From: a virus
Direction: 5' to 3' (one strand)
DNA: 64,000 bases
IMG/VR virus record: IMGVR_UViG_3300042988_001309
Coordinates: 30,094-94,093 of that record
In this document: in pieces, positions 62,600-64,000 of the stretch
Numbering within the stretch: position 1 is the first letter of the stretch
How the letters are laid out: each line of letters starts with the position of its first letter
The notes under the pieces: generated by a model
Told to the model about the DNA's origin: nothing
The model's input: the letters and a program-made list of their open reading frames with translations, nothing else
Databases searched by the model: none
Program-made: the position numbers and the translations under genes

Positions 62600-62944
62600 A
62601 TGAAGCTGACCGAGGGAGTTCTCATCGCCGCGTCCGGCGGCATGACGACGGTGATCGGCACCGTCATGGCTCGCCGCACGTCGAAAGAGTCGAACGCCAT
62701 CACCGCCAGCGCCCAGGTGATCGAGGCATGGAAAGAGATGGCCCGCGAGGCCGCCGAGGAAGCCAAGTCGCTACGTGAGGCCCTGGCCGAGGTGGACGCC
62801 GCCCGGGTGAAGGCTGAGGCGGAGTGCTCGGCCCAGTTGGCCGAGCTGCGCGCCCACATCCGGGAGCTGGAGCTGCGCTCTGAGGAACAGCCTCCCCGCC
62901 GCACCCGCAAGCGCCCCGACACTCCACCACCCGCCGGAGGGTGA
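62600..62944 (+). CDS. membrane-anchored coiled-coil protein
   Basis: N-terminal hydrophobic segment followed by coiled coil, typical of actinophage lysis regions. Confidence 0.65.
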   Translation: MKLTEGVLIAASGGMTTVIGTVMARRTSKESNAITASAQVIEAWKEMAREAAEEAKSLREALAEVDAARVKAEAECSAQLAELRAHIRELELRSEEQPPRRTRKRPDTPPPAGG

Positions 62945-63001
62945 GCCCTACCGTTTGCCATCAGAGCCGCTGATTGCGGCACTGGCAACGGAGGAGTCCA
63001 C

Positions 63002-63307
63002 ATGACCATCGACGCGTTCTTGGTGACGGTTCTGCTCAGCCTCGTCATCCCCGTCTTGGTGAGCGCCCTCACCAAGGCCGCCGCTCCTGACTGGGTCAAG
63101 GACGTGGCCAACTTGATCCTGACCGGCGTCGCCGCGTTGATCACCACGGCAACCCAGGTTGACGGCACGGCCGTCATCAGTTGGGTCACCTTCCGCGAAT
63201 GGGCCCTCGCCCTCGCCATCTCGATCGCCATGTACGTCAAGGTCTGGAAGGCCGTGGGCCTCAACGACCGGATGCTGCCCAACATCGGGCTCGGGAAGGC
63301 CGCATGA
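63002..63307 (+). CDS. holin-like membrane protein
   Basis: GGAGGAG RBS; three TM helices, VIPVLVSALTK. Confidence 0.7.
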   Translation: MTIDAFLVTVLLSLVIPVLVSALTKAAAPDWVKDVANLILTGVAALITTATQVDGTAVISWVTFREWALALAISIAMYVKVWKAVGLNDRMLPNIGLGKAA

Positions 63308-63534
63308 GCACCGAGTTCGCCGAGAAGCTCCGGTCGATCAGTTTCGGTCGCCGCACCGGCCAGTCCGAGCGCGTCACCGTGCTGCGCGAGGACACCGAGA
63401 AGCCGGGCGAGACCTACGCCCGGGACCGAGAGGGGCGTCCCATCTCCTCGGTCGAGACCCGCCACTGGGACGGTTCCGTCGATACCACCGTGTTGGCCCC
63501 CTGCCTCACGGCGAAGCTCAGCCTGGAGGGTTGA
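63304..63534 (+). CDS. hypothetical protein
   Basis: ATGA overlap; ETRHWDGSVD. Confidence 0.6.
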   Translation: MSTEFAEKLRSISFGRRTGQSERVTVLREDTEKPGETYARDREGRPISSVETRHWDGSVDTTVLAPCLTAKLSLEG

Positions 63535-63537
63535 ACA

Positions 63538-64000
63538 ATGGCCTGGTCCGCATCTGCCATCTTCCGAGCGTTCCTCGTCGACACCCTGGCTGGCACCAGC
63601 GTGTTTGACCTGGACGCCCCGAGCGACACCTACATGGTCGCTCTCTACGACAACGACATCACCCCCGACAAGGACGCCACCAGCGCCAACACCGCGTTCA
63701 ACGCCGGTGCCTGGGTGACGACCGGCAACGAGGTTGTCGACGTGTCGAACTGGCCCACCGGCGGCCGGGCGCTCGGCTCGATGACGCTCACGGGCCCGGC
63801 CTCGGGCGTCGTCATGCTCGACGCCGCCGACACCGCATCGTCGGGCTCGACGATGACGGCCAGCAATATCTACGGCTGCCTCATCTACAACACGACCAAG
63901 GCCAGCCCAGTCGCCGATCAGGGTGTGTGCTTCGTCTACTTCGGCGGCGCCCAGTCGGTCACCAACGGCACGTTCACGATCCAGTGGTCCACGAACGGCA
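63538..64000 (+). CDS. probable virion/tail-associated beta-rich protein (runs off window)
   Basis: GGAGG RBS; MAWSASAIF...DL..DTYMVALY...LDAAD...FGGAQSVTNGTFTIQWS. Confidence 0.6.
   Translation, partial: MAWSASAIFRAFLVDTLAGTSVFDLDAPSDTYMVALYDNDITPDKDATSANTAFNAGAWVTTGNEVVDVSNWPTGGRALGSMTLTGPASGVVMLDAADTASSGSTMTASNIYGCLIYNTTKASPVADQGVCFVYFGGAQSVTNGTFTIQWSTNG

Overview
A ~70% GC tailed phage or prophage segment of siphovirus type from an actinobacterial host. The endolysin cell-wall repeat points to Acidimicrobiia. Almost all genes lie on the + strand. Order: HNH end, TerS, TerL, accessory block (HicA-like/wHTH, WhiB), portal, then a greatly expanded head module (MuF polyvalent protein 1852 aa, 2180-aa and 1625-aa giant proteins, 1052-aa HK97 prohead-protease fusion), major capsid, sigma-like regulator, four Y-RNA-like ncRNAs with Ro60/TROVE, a glycosyltransferase/epimerase/endolysin/Tad1 block, neck, tail, tape measure, tail tip/fibres and holin. 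Two candidate new systems stand out. (1) A ~40-aa motif (K|AR-FGN..G.A.L....L..L...AA.PG..GAAARATLTRFG) occurs 8 times in 4 head-module genes. It always follows a K-A/S site and always precedes a different cargo domain (ADP-ribosyltransferase-like, zincin, ParB), consistent with protease-processed, capsid-tagged effector polyproteins. (2) Four paralogous Ro60-associated RNA scaffolds each display a different tRNA-derived part, including His(GTG) and Glu(TTC) anticodon loops. Also seen: a palindromic operator on the accessory promoters, many leaderless promoters, and a strongly strand-biased heptamer CCGTCAT. All domain calls come from motif recognition by eye; no database search was run.
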